Shown here one piece after another: positions 40,682 to 50,054 of a stretch of DNA of 64,000 nt. The first letter of the stretch is position 1, and each line of letters starts with the position of its first letter. The position numbers and the translations under genes were made by a program. The stretch lies in assembly GCA_919902495.1 (NCBI GenBank), contig CAKKRC010000018.1:580-64579 (forward strand). The letters are read 5' to 3'. The DNA is from Nitrospiria bacterium (GTDB lineage Bacteria > Nitrospirota > UBA9217). The notes under the pieces were generated by a model. The model worked only from the letters and a program-made list of their open reading frames with translations. It had not been told where the DNA came from and did not search any database.

Positions 40682-41080
40682 ATGATCAGGCACGCCGTCA
40701 GGATAGCGCCCAGCTCGATCGAAGGGCGCGGGGTGTTCGCTCAAGCTCCGATCCCGGGCCGGCGAAAGATAGGCGAAGTTACCGGCGAGATCATATCCAT
40801 CAGAACTGCGCGGAAGCGCGCGAAAGGCAAGTGCAGGATCTGCCTCATTGACCTGAGCCACACGCACGCGCTCGACTGCACCGGGGGAAATGCCCTGCGG
40901 CTCCTGAACCACTCCTGCCGGTCGAACGCCTTTCTGCGAATAGTTCGAGACCGGGTAGAGGTGTACGCGAAGCGTGCCATAAGGAAGGGTGAAGAGATAA
41001 CGGTTGACTACGTCGAGTCAGCGCACAGCGGCGGCATGAAATGCGGATGTGGACAGAATGGATGCAGAGACACGATCTGA
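40682..41080 (+). CDS. SET-domain protein (putative lysine methyltransferase)
   Basis: NHSCRSNA (NHSCxPN-like). GEEITVDY. Post-SET Cys cluster CGCGQNGC. Confidence 0.7.
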   Translation: MIRHAVRIAPSSIEGRGVFAQAPIPGRRKIGEVTGEIISIRTARKRAKGKCRICLIDLSHTHALDCTGGNALRLLNHSCRSNAFLRIVRDRVEVYAKRAIRKGEEITVDYVESAHSGGMKCGCGQNGCRDTI

Positions 41081-41379
41081 ACCGATACTATAAATAGAGA
41101 TCAGCAGGTCGCGCAGTTCTTTCAGAAGTAAAACACGATGAACTCGTAAGGACTCATTTTTCACACGGAGGCACAACCAAAAGTAGGCGCTTCTAAGCGA
41201 GGGCACGCAGAAAGACAAATTGAAAAGATTTAGTTCTTTCTTGGTGGCCTCCGTGATGTTTGTAGGAGAATGACTTATTACGAAAGTATCAAACTTGCGT
41301 CATTAATAAATGAAAGCCGCATTCCAAAGGGAGTGCGGCTTTTTGATTTATTATGAGGGCTACGATCAGCGATCGGTGC

Positions 41380-43320
41380 TTACTTCGCCTTCATTTTTGT
41401 GTAGTTCAGCATCCCTCCCGCCAGTAGGATCTCCCGCTGCCTGCCGCTCAGCGAGTACTTCAGGACAATCTGTTTTCTTGCAGTTATGTCCATAAGCGAA
41501 AGGTCGGTGCCACTCGTCAGGGCTGCAACGATCCCGGCGATCTCAAGCTCGTTTCCTGCTTCGACGATGTCGTAGTCCGCATCACGAGAGAACGTGAGGG
41601 GAAGGATGCCGAAGTTGATGAGGTTCGCGGCGTGGATACGCTCGAATGATTTGGCGATCACGGCCTTGACGCCCAGGAACATGGGGCAGATGGCCGCGTG
41701 TTCCCTGCTTGAGCCCTGGCCGTAGCTCGTTCCTGCCACGACGATATTGTGAACTCCAGCCAATTTGTTCTCCAACGACTTTTTTGAGAACAGGGGATCG
41801 GTTCCTTCGAACACGAACTCGGCGTATTTCGGGATGTTTGACCGGTATTTCAGCCGGGACCCCGCCGGCATGATGTGGTCGGTCGTTATCTTGTCGCCGA
41901 CCTTGATAGTGATCCTTCCTTTGATCATATCGGGCAGCGGCTCGCCCTTGGGCGGGTCGCCGATGTTCGGTCCGCGGGTGATGACGACGGAGTCGGGCCG
42001 GTCCGACGGAGGCAGCACCATGCTGTCGTCGATCCAGAACCAGTCAGGCATCCCGATCACGGGATAGTTCGAGCCCAGGTCGCGCGGGTCGGTGATAACA
42101 CCGGTCAAGGCCGCAGCGGTCGCGCTTTCCGGGCTTGCGAGGAAGACCTTCGCGCTCTTGGTGCTGGAGCGGCCTTCGAAGTTCCGGTTGTTCGTGCGGA
42201 TGGAGACCGCGTCGGTCCTGGGCGCCTGGCCCGCGCCGATGCAGAACCCGCAGGTGGATTCCAGTATCCGGCCGCCGGCCGCGATAATCTCGGCAAGGGC
42301 GCCGTTCGACGCGATCATCGCCAGCACTTGGCGCGAACCGGGTGCCACGCCGAAGCTCACGTCGGGATGCACCCGCTTTCCCTTCAGCATGGCGGCGACG
42401 ATCATGAGGTCGCGATAGGACGAATTGGTGCAGGAACCGACCATCACCTGGTCAACCTTCGTTCCCGCCAGCTCCCTCACCGTTGCGATGTTGTCCGGCG
42501 AGTGGGGCTTCGCCATGCGCGGAACAAGCCCTGCCAGATCGATGTCGATGGTCCGGTCGTAGGTCGCGTCGGGATCGGCTGCAAACGCCGTCCAGTGGTC
42601 CTCGCGCCCCTGAGCCTTGAGAAAGGCGCGGGTATTGTCGTCGCTCGGGAAGAGCGAGGTGGTGACGCCTAGCTCGGCGCCCATGTTCGTGATGGTCGCG
42701 CGCTCGGGCACGGAAAGCGTGCCGACGCCGTCGCCGCCATATTCAATGACCATTCCCACGTTTCCCTTCGTCGTAAGGACCTCAAGGATCGCGAGAATAA
42801 CATCCTTTGCCGAAACCCAGGGCGGAAGTTTTCCCGTGAGGTTGATCTTGACGACCTTTGGACAGGTGAGATAGAATGGCCCGCCGCCCATGGCAACGGC
42901 TACATCGAGCCCGCCCGCGCCGATGGCAAGCATGCCCACACCACCGCCTGTTGGCGTATGGGAGTCGGAGCCCAGAAGGGTCCTGCCCGGCCTGCCGAAA
43001 CGCTCAAGATGGACCTGGTGGCAAATGCCGTTCCCCGCTTTGGAATAATGAATGCCGTGCTTTGCCGCCACGGTCTGCAGGTACCGGTGGTCATCGGCGT
43101 TCTCGTAGCCGTCCTGCAGGGTGTTGTGGTCGACGTAGCTCACCGAAAGTTCCGTCTTTACCCGCGGCACGCCCATGGCTTCAAACTGGAGATATGCCAT
43201 GGTACCGGTGGCGTCCTGGGTCAGGGTCTGGTCGATCCTGATGGCGATCTCCGTGCCGGGTTCGAGCTTGCCCTCGACGAGGTGTGCATCAAGGATCTTG
43301 GTGATGATGTTCTTGCCCAT
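41380..43320 (-). CDS. aconitate hydratase (645-aa aconitase-family enzyme)
   Basis: Aconitase catalytic and swivel domains. Fe-S ligand cysteine context (GSCTNSS, ESTCGFCIG). Confidence 0.85.
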   Translation of the reverse strand: MGKNIITKILDAHLVEGKLEPGTEIAIRIDQTLTQDATGTMAYLQFEAMGVPRVKTELSVSYVDHNTLQDGYENADDHRYLQTVAAKHGIHYSKAGNGICHQVHLERFGRPGRTLLGSDSHTPTGGGVGMLAIGAGGLDVAVAMGGGPFYLTCPKVVKINLTGKLPPWVSAKDVILAILEVLTTKGNVGMVIEYGGDGVGTLSVPERATITNMGAELGVTTSLFPSDDNTRAFLKAQGREDHWTAFAADPDATYDRTIDIDLAGLVPRMAKPHSPDNIATVRELAGTKVDQVMVGSCTNSSYRDLMIVAAMLKGKRVHPDVSFGVAPGSRQVLAMIASNGALAEIIAAGGRILESTCGFCIGAGQAPRTDAVSIRTNNRNFEGRSSTKSAKVFLASPESATAAALTGVITDPRDLGSNYPVIGMPDWFWIDDSMVLPPSDRPDSVVITRGPNIGDPPKGEPLPDMIKGRITIKVGDKITTDHIMPAGSRLKYRSNIPKYAEFVFEGTDPLFSKKSLENKLAGVHNIVVAGTSYGQGSSREHAAICPMFLGVKAVIAKSFERIHAANLINFGILPLTFSRDADYDIVEAGNELEIAGIVAALTSGTDLSLMDITARKQIVLKYSLSGRQREILLAGGMLNYTKMKAK

Positions 43321-43485
43321 TCAATACGCTCCTCTTAGAAATATAGAAATAAGTGAACAGCATTATATTTCATACCGGAAGATAAAGGCAACAGGAAATA
43401 GCGGTGCTCCGGTTGAAAAGCCGGATGTTCTATGCTATGCTTTAACCATTCGCGCAGATATCATCGCATAACTGAGGAGGATACA

Positions 43486-43911
43486 ATGGTACAGAAGGCA
43501 AGTCCGAAACTTACGGAAATGATGAACCAGGCGATCGCCGGGGAGCTCCAGGCAATCGTGCAGTACATGTGGCACCACATCATGGTGAAGGGTCTCAACT
43601 CCGCGTCCCTCATGGACGTGTTCGAGGATATCGCCATTGAGGAGATGAAGCACGCCGAGAAGATCGCCGAGCGGCTCTTCTACTTCGACGTCGCTCCCAC
43701 CACCAAGCCGAATCCCATCGCCAAGGGCGGCACGCCGGAGCAGATGCTCAAGGCCGATGTGCAGGCCGAGGAAGAGGCGATCACCCTCTACAAGGACATC
43801 ATCAAGCAGGCTATCGCCGAGAAGGACGAAACCACGCGGCTCCTGTTCGAGCAGATCCTCTCCGACGAAGAGCGCCACCACGATACGTTTACCACGCTGC
43901 TGGGACAGTAG
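43486..43911 (+). CDS. bfr: bacterioferritin / ferritin-like protein
   Basis: Ferritin-like di-iron ligands (E..E..H pattern: EEMKHAEK, EEEAI, ERHH). GAGGAGG RBS. Confidence 0.75.
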   Translation: MVQKASPKLTEMMNQAIAGELQAIVQYMWHHIMVKGLNSASLMDVFEDIAIEEMKHAEKIAERLFYFDVAPTTKPNPIAKGGTPEQMLKADVQAEEEAITLYKDIIKQAIAEKDETTRLLFEQILSDEERHHDTFTTLLGQ

Positions 43912-43991
43912 TTTTACCGCTGACACGATCTTCCGCTTGTGCATAGTGTCCCCATCAATGCGCAGGCCGCGATCAGCAACTTACAATATAA

Positions 43992-44015
43992 AGGCAGGCG
44001 CATGCGCCTGCCTTT
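43992..44015. terminator. bidirectional rho-independent terminator (GGCAGGCGCATGCGCCTGCC + TTTT) between convergent bfr and uspA
   Basis: Perfect palindromic stem followed by a T-run. An A-run on the other side serves the minus-strand gene. Confidence 0.7.
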
Positions 44016-44061
44016 TGCTTTACCGTGTCTCCCTGTCCCCGCGTCCCCGTGTCTGATATTC

Positions 44062-44523
44062 CTACGGCATCTTGAACTCCCTTCCCGCCATCCGCACGGT
44101 GAGCACCGGGCAGGGCGACTTGCGAACGACCTTTTCCGCCGTGCTCCCGAAGAGCATGTGGTCGATGCCCGTCCTGCCATGGGTCCCGATGACGATCATG
44201 TCAGCGTTCTTTTCCTTTGCCGTCCTGATGATCTCCACAAAGGGCACGCCCCGGACGACATCCTTCTCCACATCCTTTACCTTGAAGGCCACCTCTGCGC
44301 CCCATTTTTCCATCTCCCGTGAAGCGCTTTTCTGCATGTCTTCCACGAGGTCCGCGGCCGATATGGATGACGGAATGTACCATTCGGCGATGCTGATGTC
44401 CTGGATCACATACAATAGGATAAGCTTTGCCTTGTAATCCCGGGCCAGGGCGATTGCATACTCCATGGCCGCCCGGGCACCCTGAGAAAAATCCGTCGGG
44501 AAAAGGATCGTCTTGATCTGCAT
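44062..44523 (-). CDS. uspA: universal stress protein UspA
   Basis: ILFPTDFS...ADMIVIGTHGRTG...GSTAEKVVRKSPCPVL. Confidence 0.9.
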   Translation of the reverse strand: MQIKTILFPTDFSQGARAAMEYAIALARDYKAKLILLYVIQDISIAEWYIPSSISAADLVEDMQKSASREMEKWGAEVAFKVKDVEKDVVRGVPFVEIIRTAKEKNADMIVIGTHGRTGIDHMLFGSTAEKVVRKSPCPVLTVRMAGREFKMP

Positions 44524-44760
44524 CGCTGCCTCCTTGGCCTTGTGTCCCTGGCAATTTAATTGTAGCGCTCCTCTCCCGGTCTGTCAAACAATAATAGTCT
44601 TATAAACCAATAGGTTTTGCTTTAAGAGCAGCGATTTGTCATTTTATGTAAAAACTGATAGACTAACAAATAATATACTTCTCTAGGTTGCCTATACTAT
44701 AGAAGGGACACCGTCACCACGGTGCCCGAAAAGAGGAGAATGCGTGAAGGAGAGGTCGTT

Positions 44761-45123
44761 ATGATAAAACGTATGGTTCTGCTTATGGCATTGCTGGCTG
44801 CGATGAGCGCGGGAGACGCAGGCGCCGTGGAAAAATACGGCGTACCTGTTTACCCCGGCGCAGAATACGACGAAGGCACGACCCGCTATCTTGATGATGT
44901 GCAGTATATCGAGGGTGCTGCCTATCGGACAACCGACGACCCTTCCGCGGTCGCCGAGTTCTATGTGAAGCTGGGCTTGACCCCCGTCAAAGGAAAGGCC
45001 AAGGCAACTGCCACCTTCAAGAAAGATGATGTCGAGGTAGCCATTCAGGGCCCGCCGCGGAAGGAAATTGCCAGCGGGAAGAAAGTGGAGGATACGCTCA
45101 TCACCATTACGAAGGAAAATTAG
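44761..45123 (+). CDS. secreted hypothetical protein (120 aa)
   Basis: GAAGGAG RBS. Signal peptide MIKRMVLLMALLAAMSAGDAGA. No recognisable motif. Confidence 0.45.
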   Translation: MIKRMVLLMALLAAMSAGDAGAVEKYGVPVYPGAEYDEGTTRYLDDVQYIEGAAYRTTDDPSAVAEFYVKLGLTPVKGKAKATATFKKDDVEVAIQGPPRKEIASGKKVEDTLITITKEN

Positions 45124-45227
45124 CGGTACTCCGCTGCTCCCTTCCATAGCATATGTCTGCCTCGCGATGAGAACCGATGTTTTGTTTCCCTAGACCCGGA
45201 AACTGCCGAAAACTCCCAAAAAAATCG

Positions 45228-45256
45228 TTGACAATCGCTGCACAGACTGTTATAAA
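45228..45256 (+). promoter_or_regulatory. sigma70-like promoter TTGACA-17-TATAAA; the -10 ends 9 nt before the ilvE ATG (leaderless or near-leaderless)
   Basis: -35 at 45228-45233, -10 at 45251-45256, ATG at 45266. No Shine-Dalgarno. Confidence 0.45.
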
Positions 45257-45265
45257 ATACGCTCT

Positions 45266-46189
45266 ATGCTTCAGGCCACTGAAAAAATCTGGTTGAGCGG
45301 GAAGTTCGTTCCCTGGAACGACGCCAAGGTCCATGTGCTGACACATACACTGCACTACGGCACAGGCGTGTTCGAGGGCATCCGCTGCTACAAGACGGAT
45401 ACGGGCTCCGCTGTGTTCCGACTGAGGGAGCATGTGGACCGGCTCTTCTCGTCGATGCACATCTGCCAGCTGGAGAGTCCCTTCACCCGCGAGCAGGTGT
45501 ACGAGGCGATCCTCGAGACCATCCGGGTGAACAAGATCGACGCCTGCTACATCAGGCCGATCGCCTATATCGGCTACGGCGCCATGGGGATATTCCCCAA
45601 GGAGAACCCCATCGACATTGCCATTGCGGTCTGGCCCTGGGGCAGCTACCTCGGCGAAGAAGGGCTGAAGAACGGCATCCGTGTGAAGATCTCGTCATTC
45701 TGCCGGCCTCATATCAACGCGACCATGGTACGCTCCAAGACCACGGCCAACTACGCGAATTCCCTCCTTGCCAAGCGCGAGGCGCTCAAGGACGGGTATG
45801 ACGAGGCCATGCTGCTTGACACCGACGGTTACGTCGCCGAGGGAAGCGGGGAGAACGTATTCATGGTGCGGAACGGCAAGATCAAGACACCGCCGCTCAC
45901 CGCGATCCTGGACGGGATCACGCGGGACACAATCATCCAGCTGGCGCAGGAGCACGGCATCCCTCTCGTGGAGGAACGGTTCACCCGGGACGAGCTCTAT
46001 ATCGCCGATGAGGCCTTCTTTACCGGCACGGCTGCCGAGATCACGCCGATCCGCGAAGTGGACAACCGGAAGATCGGGACCGGCAAGCCGGGGCCCGTCA
46101 CCCAGAAGCTGCAGGCGGCGTTCTTCGATATCGTCCACGGCAGGGACAAAAAGCACACGGCATGGCTGGCGCCGGTGAAAAAACAATAG
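45266..46189 (+). CDS. ilvE: branched-chain-amino-acid aminotransferase
   Basis: Class IV aminotransferase. Conserved HTLHYGTGVFEGIR, TGTAAEI. Confidence 0.9.
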   Translation: MLQATEKIWLSGKFVPWNDAKVHVLTHTLHYGTGVFEGIRCYKTDTGSAVFRLREHVDRLFSSMHICQLESPFTREQVYEAILETIRVNKIDACYIRPIAYIGYGAMGIFPKENPIDIAIAVWPWGSYLGEEGLKNGIRVKISSFCRPHINATMVRSKTTANYANSLLAKREALKDGYDEAMLLDTDGYVAEGSGENVFMVRNGKIKTPPLTAILDGITRDTIIQLAQEHGIPLVEERFTRDELYIADEAFFTGTAAEITPIREVDNRKIGTGKPGPVTQKLQAAFFDIVHGRDKKHTAWLAPVKKQ

Positions 46190-46244
46190 CAAGCCCCGTA
46201 CATGGCCGCGATCTTCGTACCGGTCGCGGCGATCTTCAGCAAGT

Positions 46245-46329
46245 GCCGAAGTGGTGGAATTGGTAGACACGCACGTTTGAGGGGCGTGTGGGGCAACCCA
46301 TGGGGGTTCGAGTCCCCCCTTCGGCACCA
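46245..46329 (+). tRNA. tRNA-Leu (anticodon GAG), long variable arm
   Basis: 85 nt. Acceptor GCCGAAG/CTTCGGC. Anticodon arm CACGT-TTGAGGG-GCGTG. T arm GGGGG-TTCGAGT-CCCCC. Encoded CCA followed by a T-run. Confidence 0.85.
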
Positions 46330-46470
46330 TTTTTTATCATACCGGAAAGCAGAACGAGAGGGGTGCTTCCCGCCCCGGCCTTCCACCGCGTCAGGCGAAC
46401 TCTGCCTGACTTCTTTTTTTTCGGCGACTCCGCGTCCTGCTCTCCCGGGAACGTTGCTCCTTCGGAACCC

Positions 46471-48079
46471 TATGCTGATACGAACGTTCATGCTCCTTCT
46501 TGCCGTTGTCCTGCTGCCGGTCGCGGCAGCCGCCCAGGAACCGCAGGCCAACGGCGGCAGCCTCGGCATCATCTCCGTCCCCCTTGCCAACGTCCGCGAA
46601 GAGCCTCTGCCCAAGTCTCCGATCGTCACCCAGGTCCTGCTTGCCGACGAGGTGCGGATACTGGAGAAACAGGAGTACCGGTACCGCATCGCCATCCCGG
46701 GCCAGGGGAACCGCGAGGGTTGGATCCAGCAGGAGGCGGTGCAGGTACCCCGCGACAAGGGGCGGTCATATCTCAAGACCGACCGGCAATGGATCGTTAT
46801 CACGGTCCCGAAGACCCCGGCCCTGATCCTCGACAAGCTCGGCAATCACAACGTTTCGCTCTATGCGGGCACGCGGCTTCCGATGCTCGAACGGGACGCA
46901 GACAGATACAAAGTGCAGTTTCCCGACCGGACCGCAGCCGTCATTGCCTCGGCAGACGCCATGCCGGTCAAACCCCGCAATCCCGTACTGGGCGGCGTGG
47001 CGCCCGCGGAGATCGCGAAGACGGCCCGCAAGTTCCAGGGCGCCCGCTACTTCAGCGGAGGGATCACGGCCCAGGGCATGGACACCCGCGGTCTCATCTA
47101 CACGGTCTACCGGATCCATGGTATCGACCTCGACACGGAGCGGGATGTCCTGAAGGCAAAGGCGGTGAAGGTCCCGAAGAAGGACCTGGCGCCCGGCGAC
47201 ATCCTCGTGTTCAACGGTGAAGGGCTCGGGCTCTACGTGAGCAACGGCCAGTTCCTGCACGCCGTCAGAAAGACCACCGTCCAGCTCGGCGGCATCCATG
47301 ACCGCCGGTTCGCCAACGCCTTTCTGTATGGGCTCCGCGTCGCGGGCCCGGAGCCCGACCAGAAGAAGCTCCCGGTGGAGATGAACGCGGACGAGATCAT
47401 GATCGCCCAGGGCCAGGCAGCGGAGCTGCCGCTGGGCAGGCGGATCGTGTATTGGGCCGGAAGGTTCATCGGAACGCCGTATGACACCGATCCCCTGGGA
47501 CAATACGTTCGCACGAACCGTATCGTTGCCGATGAGACAGCCGACTGCATGTATCTCACGTTCCGCGCCGCAGAGCTCGCGTTGTCCGCGACGCCGGGCC
47601 AGGCGATCGAGCAGGCGCTTTCCCTCCGTTTCACGACCCGGGGCAGGCTTGCCGACGGGCTGGTGCAGAACTACGGCGAACGCTTCGAATACGGCGAGGA
47701 CATGGTGTATAGCGGCAAGTGGGGCAGGGACATCACCGGCGACATGGGCGCAACAAAGACCATCTCGGGCTCACGGGGCCGCGATGAGGTTGTCATCCTT
47801 CCCAAGCAGGCGCTTCTGTCCAAGAAGCTCCAGAAGCAGCTTCAGGACGGTGACATCATCTACTGGGTCAAGGACCCGAAGAAACGCGTGGTGGAGGAGA
47901 TCGTTGCCCACCTGTCCTTTGTCCATATAAAAAATGGTAAGGCATACCTCATTCATGCCTCGGGCACCAAGGATAGCGTCACAAAGACCGGCGGCGGCAT
48001 GGTGAAGGAGGTCCCTTTCGCCGACTACGTACGCGATACGAAGTTCATCGGCGCGTTCGTGACCCGGTTCGAGCAGTAG
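46471..48079 (+). CDS. secreted SH3 + NlpC/P60-like protein (catalytic Cys/His apparently substituted) with an extra C-terminal domain
   Basis: Signal peptide. SH3-like region. NlpC/P60-like segment [20 protein letters not shown] in which the usual DCSG Cys is replaced by Thr. The ORF-track start at 46202 is a spurious extension across tRNA-Leu. Confidence 0.55.
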
Positions 48080-48251
48080 CAACTTTCTGACAAATATTTT
48101 TTGACAACCCCTCCCGCCTTTGCTATCCTCTTCTTGAGTACCGGTCAACACCGAAGGAGCCGAGCGTCAGGAGACGTTCTTCTTATCCTGATCCTTTCCT
48201 TACCCACTCCACACTCCGAAATCCGCACTCCGCACTAAAGAAGGAGTCCCC

Positions 48252-49784
48252 ATGCTTGCCAAGGTCATGAGCGCTGCCGTCCTGGGCATCGACGCCTATC
48301 CTGTCGAGGTGGAGGTCGACATCGCGAGCCGCGGCCTTCCGTTCTTCTCCACCGTGGGCCTGCCCGACGCGGCGGTGAAGGAGAGCAAGGAACGCGTCCG
48401 CGCTGCGCTCAAGAACACGGGGTTCGACTTTCCCCTGAAGCAGGTGGTCGTGAACCTCGCGCCCGCGGACATCAAGAAGGAAGGGTCGGCCTTCGACCTG
48501 CCCATTGCCGTCGGCATGCTGATCGCCGAGGGTGTCCTCACGCAGGAGATGGTGGCGGGCTACCTCATCGTGGGCGAGCTTGCGCTCGACGGCAGGGTGA
48601 AGCCGGTGCGGGGCGCTCTCTCCATGGCGGTGTTTGCAAAGAAGGCGGGCTGCCGCGGCATGATCATCCCTGGCGATAACGCGCCGGAGGCGGCGGTCGT
48701 TGAGCCGGTCCCTGTCTTCGGCGTCCGCACTTTGCCGCAGGTCGTGGAGTTCCTGACCGGCGCGGCGACCATGGAACCCGAACGCGTGAACGTCCGGAGC
48801 ACGTTCGAGACATACTCAGTATATCAGGAGGACTTCGCCGAGGTCCGCGGCCAGGAGCACGCCAAGCGCGCCATCGAGATCGCAGCTGCCGGCGGTCATA
48901 ATATCATTATGATCGGCCCTCCCGGCTCCGGCAAGACCATGCTTGCCCGGCGCCTGCCGTCCATCCTGCCGCAGATGAGCTTCGACGAATCCATCGAGAC
49001 CACCAAGATCCACAGCATCATGGGCCTTCTCCGGCAGGGCCAGCCGCTCATCGCGACGCGGCCCTACCGTTCGCCGCACCACACCATCTCCGACGCGGGG
49101 CTCATCGGCGGCGGCCAGGTCCCCAAGCCCGGCGAGGTGAGCCTGTCGCACAACGGCGTGCTGTTCCTGGACGAGCTTCCGGAGTTCAAGCGCAACGTGC
49201 TTGAAGCGCTCCGCCAGCCGCTCGAGGATGGCCACGTCACCATATCGCGCGCCATTACGTCGCTCACCTATCCGGCCTCGCTCATGCTCGTCGCCGCGAT
49301 GAATCCCTGCAAGTGCGGCTTCCATGGCGATCACCAGCACCCGTGCCAGTGCACACCCCACCAGGTACAGACCTACCGCTCCCGCGTGTCCGGCCCGCTC
49401 ATGGACCGCATCGATATCCACATCGAGGTCCCGGCCATCAAGTTCAAGGAGATCACCTCCGACGTTCCCGGAGAGCCGTCGGTCGCGATCCGCGACCGCG
49501 TTACCTTCGCCCGTTCGGTCCAGCAGGAGCGGTTCAAGACCGACGGCATTTACGCCAACGCCCACATGAAACCCCGCCACATCCGCAAGTATTGCAGGAT
49601 CGACGCCGGCTCCCAGCAGCTCATGGAGGCGGCCATGAACCGCCTCGGCCTGTCCGCCCGGGCCTACAACCGCGTCCTCAAGGTCGCCCGCACTATAGCT
49701 GATATCGAAGGCAGCGGCCCCATAGCGACGGAGCACATCTCCGAGGCCATACAATATCGGAGCCTGGACAGAAGGATAAGCTGA
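48252..49784 (+). CDS. comM: YifB/ComM-family Mg-chelatase-like AAA+ ATPase
   Basis: Lon-protease-like N-terminus. Walker A GPPGSGKT. C-terminal ChlI-like domain. 510 aa. Confidence 0.9.
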   Translation: MLAKVMSAAVLGIDAYPVEVEVDIASRGLPFFSTVGLPDAAVKESKERVRAALKNTGFDFPLKQVVVNLAPADIKKEGSAFDLPIAVGMLIAEGVLTQEMVAGYLIVGELALDGRVKPVRGALSMAVFAKKAGCRGMIIPGDNAPEAAVVEPVPVFGVRTLPQVVEFLTGAATMEPERVNVRSTFETYSVYQEDFAEVRGQEHAKRAIEIAAAGGHNIIMIGPPGSGKTMLARRLPSILPQMSFDESIETTKIHSIMGLLRQGQPLIATRPYRSPHHTISDAGLIGGGQVPKPGEVSLSHNGVLFLDELPEFKRNVLEALRQPLEDGHVTISRAITSLTYPASLMLVAAMNPCKCGFHGDHQHPCQCTPHQVQTYRSRVSGPLMDRIDIHIEVPAIKFKEITSDVPGEPSVAIRDRVTFARSVQQERFKTDGIYANAHMKPRHIRKYCRIDAGSQQLMEAAMNRLGLSARAYNRVLKVARTIADIEGSGPIATEHISEAIQYRSLDRRIS

Positions 49785-49889
49785 GCATATCCACCTCGCG
49801 TTTCTTATGTAATTCTCCGCGAAAACCCTACCTACCCGTTCGGGTAGTCGCATCCCCTTAAAATACCCCGACCAAGAACACATAAATAG

Positions 49890-49918
49890 TTGACACTCAC
49901 AATAAAGCTGTATATTAT
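49890..49918 (+). promoter_or_regulatory. consensus sigma70 promoter TTGACA-17-TATTAT upstream of the Rhs gene
   Basis: -35 at 49890-49895, -10 at 49913-49918, in an AT-rich tract. About 130-nt leader to ATG 50055. Confidence 0.55.
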
Positions 49919-50054
49919 CGATTGCACATCACGTAACTACTCACCGCGAAAATTCTTTTCAGCATTAATCAATATCACAGGCATCATCTTAAGATCCATA
50001 TTGCCAGCTAATGACGGCGAATTGCAATCACGCATTGTTACCCGGGGGGGAGAC

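Noticed and set aside
46202-46470. ORF-track start at 46202 for the NlpC/P60-like gene
   Set aside because: It would read through tRNA-Leu (46245-46329). ATG 46471 is followed by a clean signal peptide.
49890-50054. TTG start at 49890 for the Rhs gene
   Set aside because: 49890-49895 is the -35 hexamer of a consensus promoter. ATG 50055 has a GGGGGGAG RBS and begins a signal peptide.
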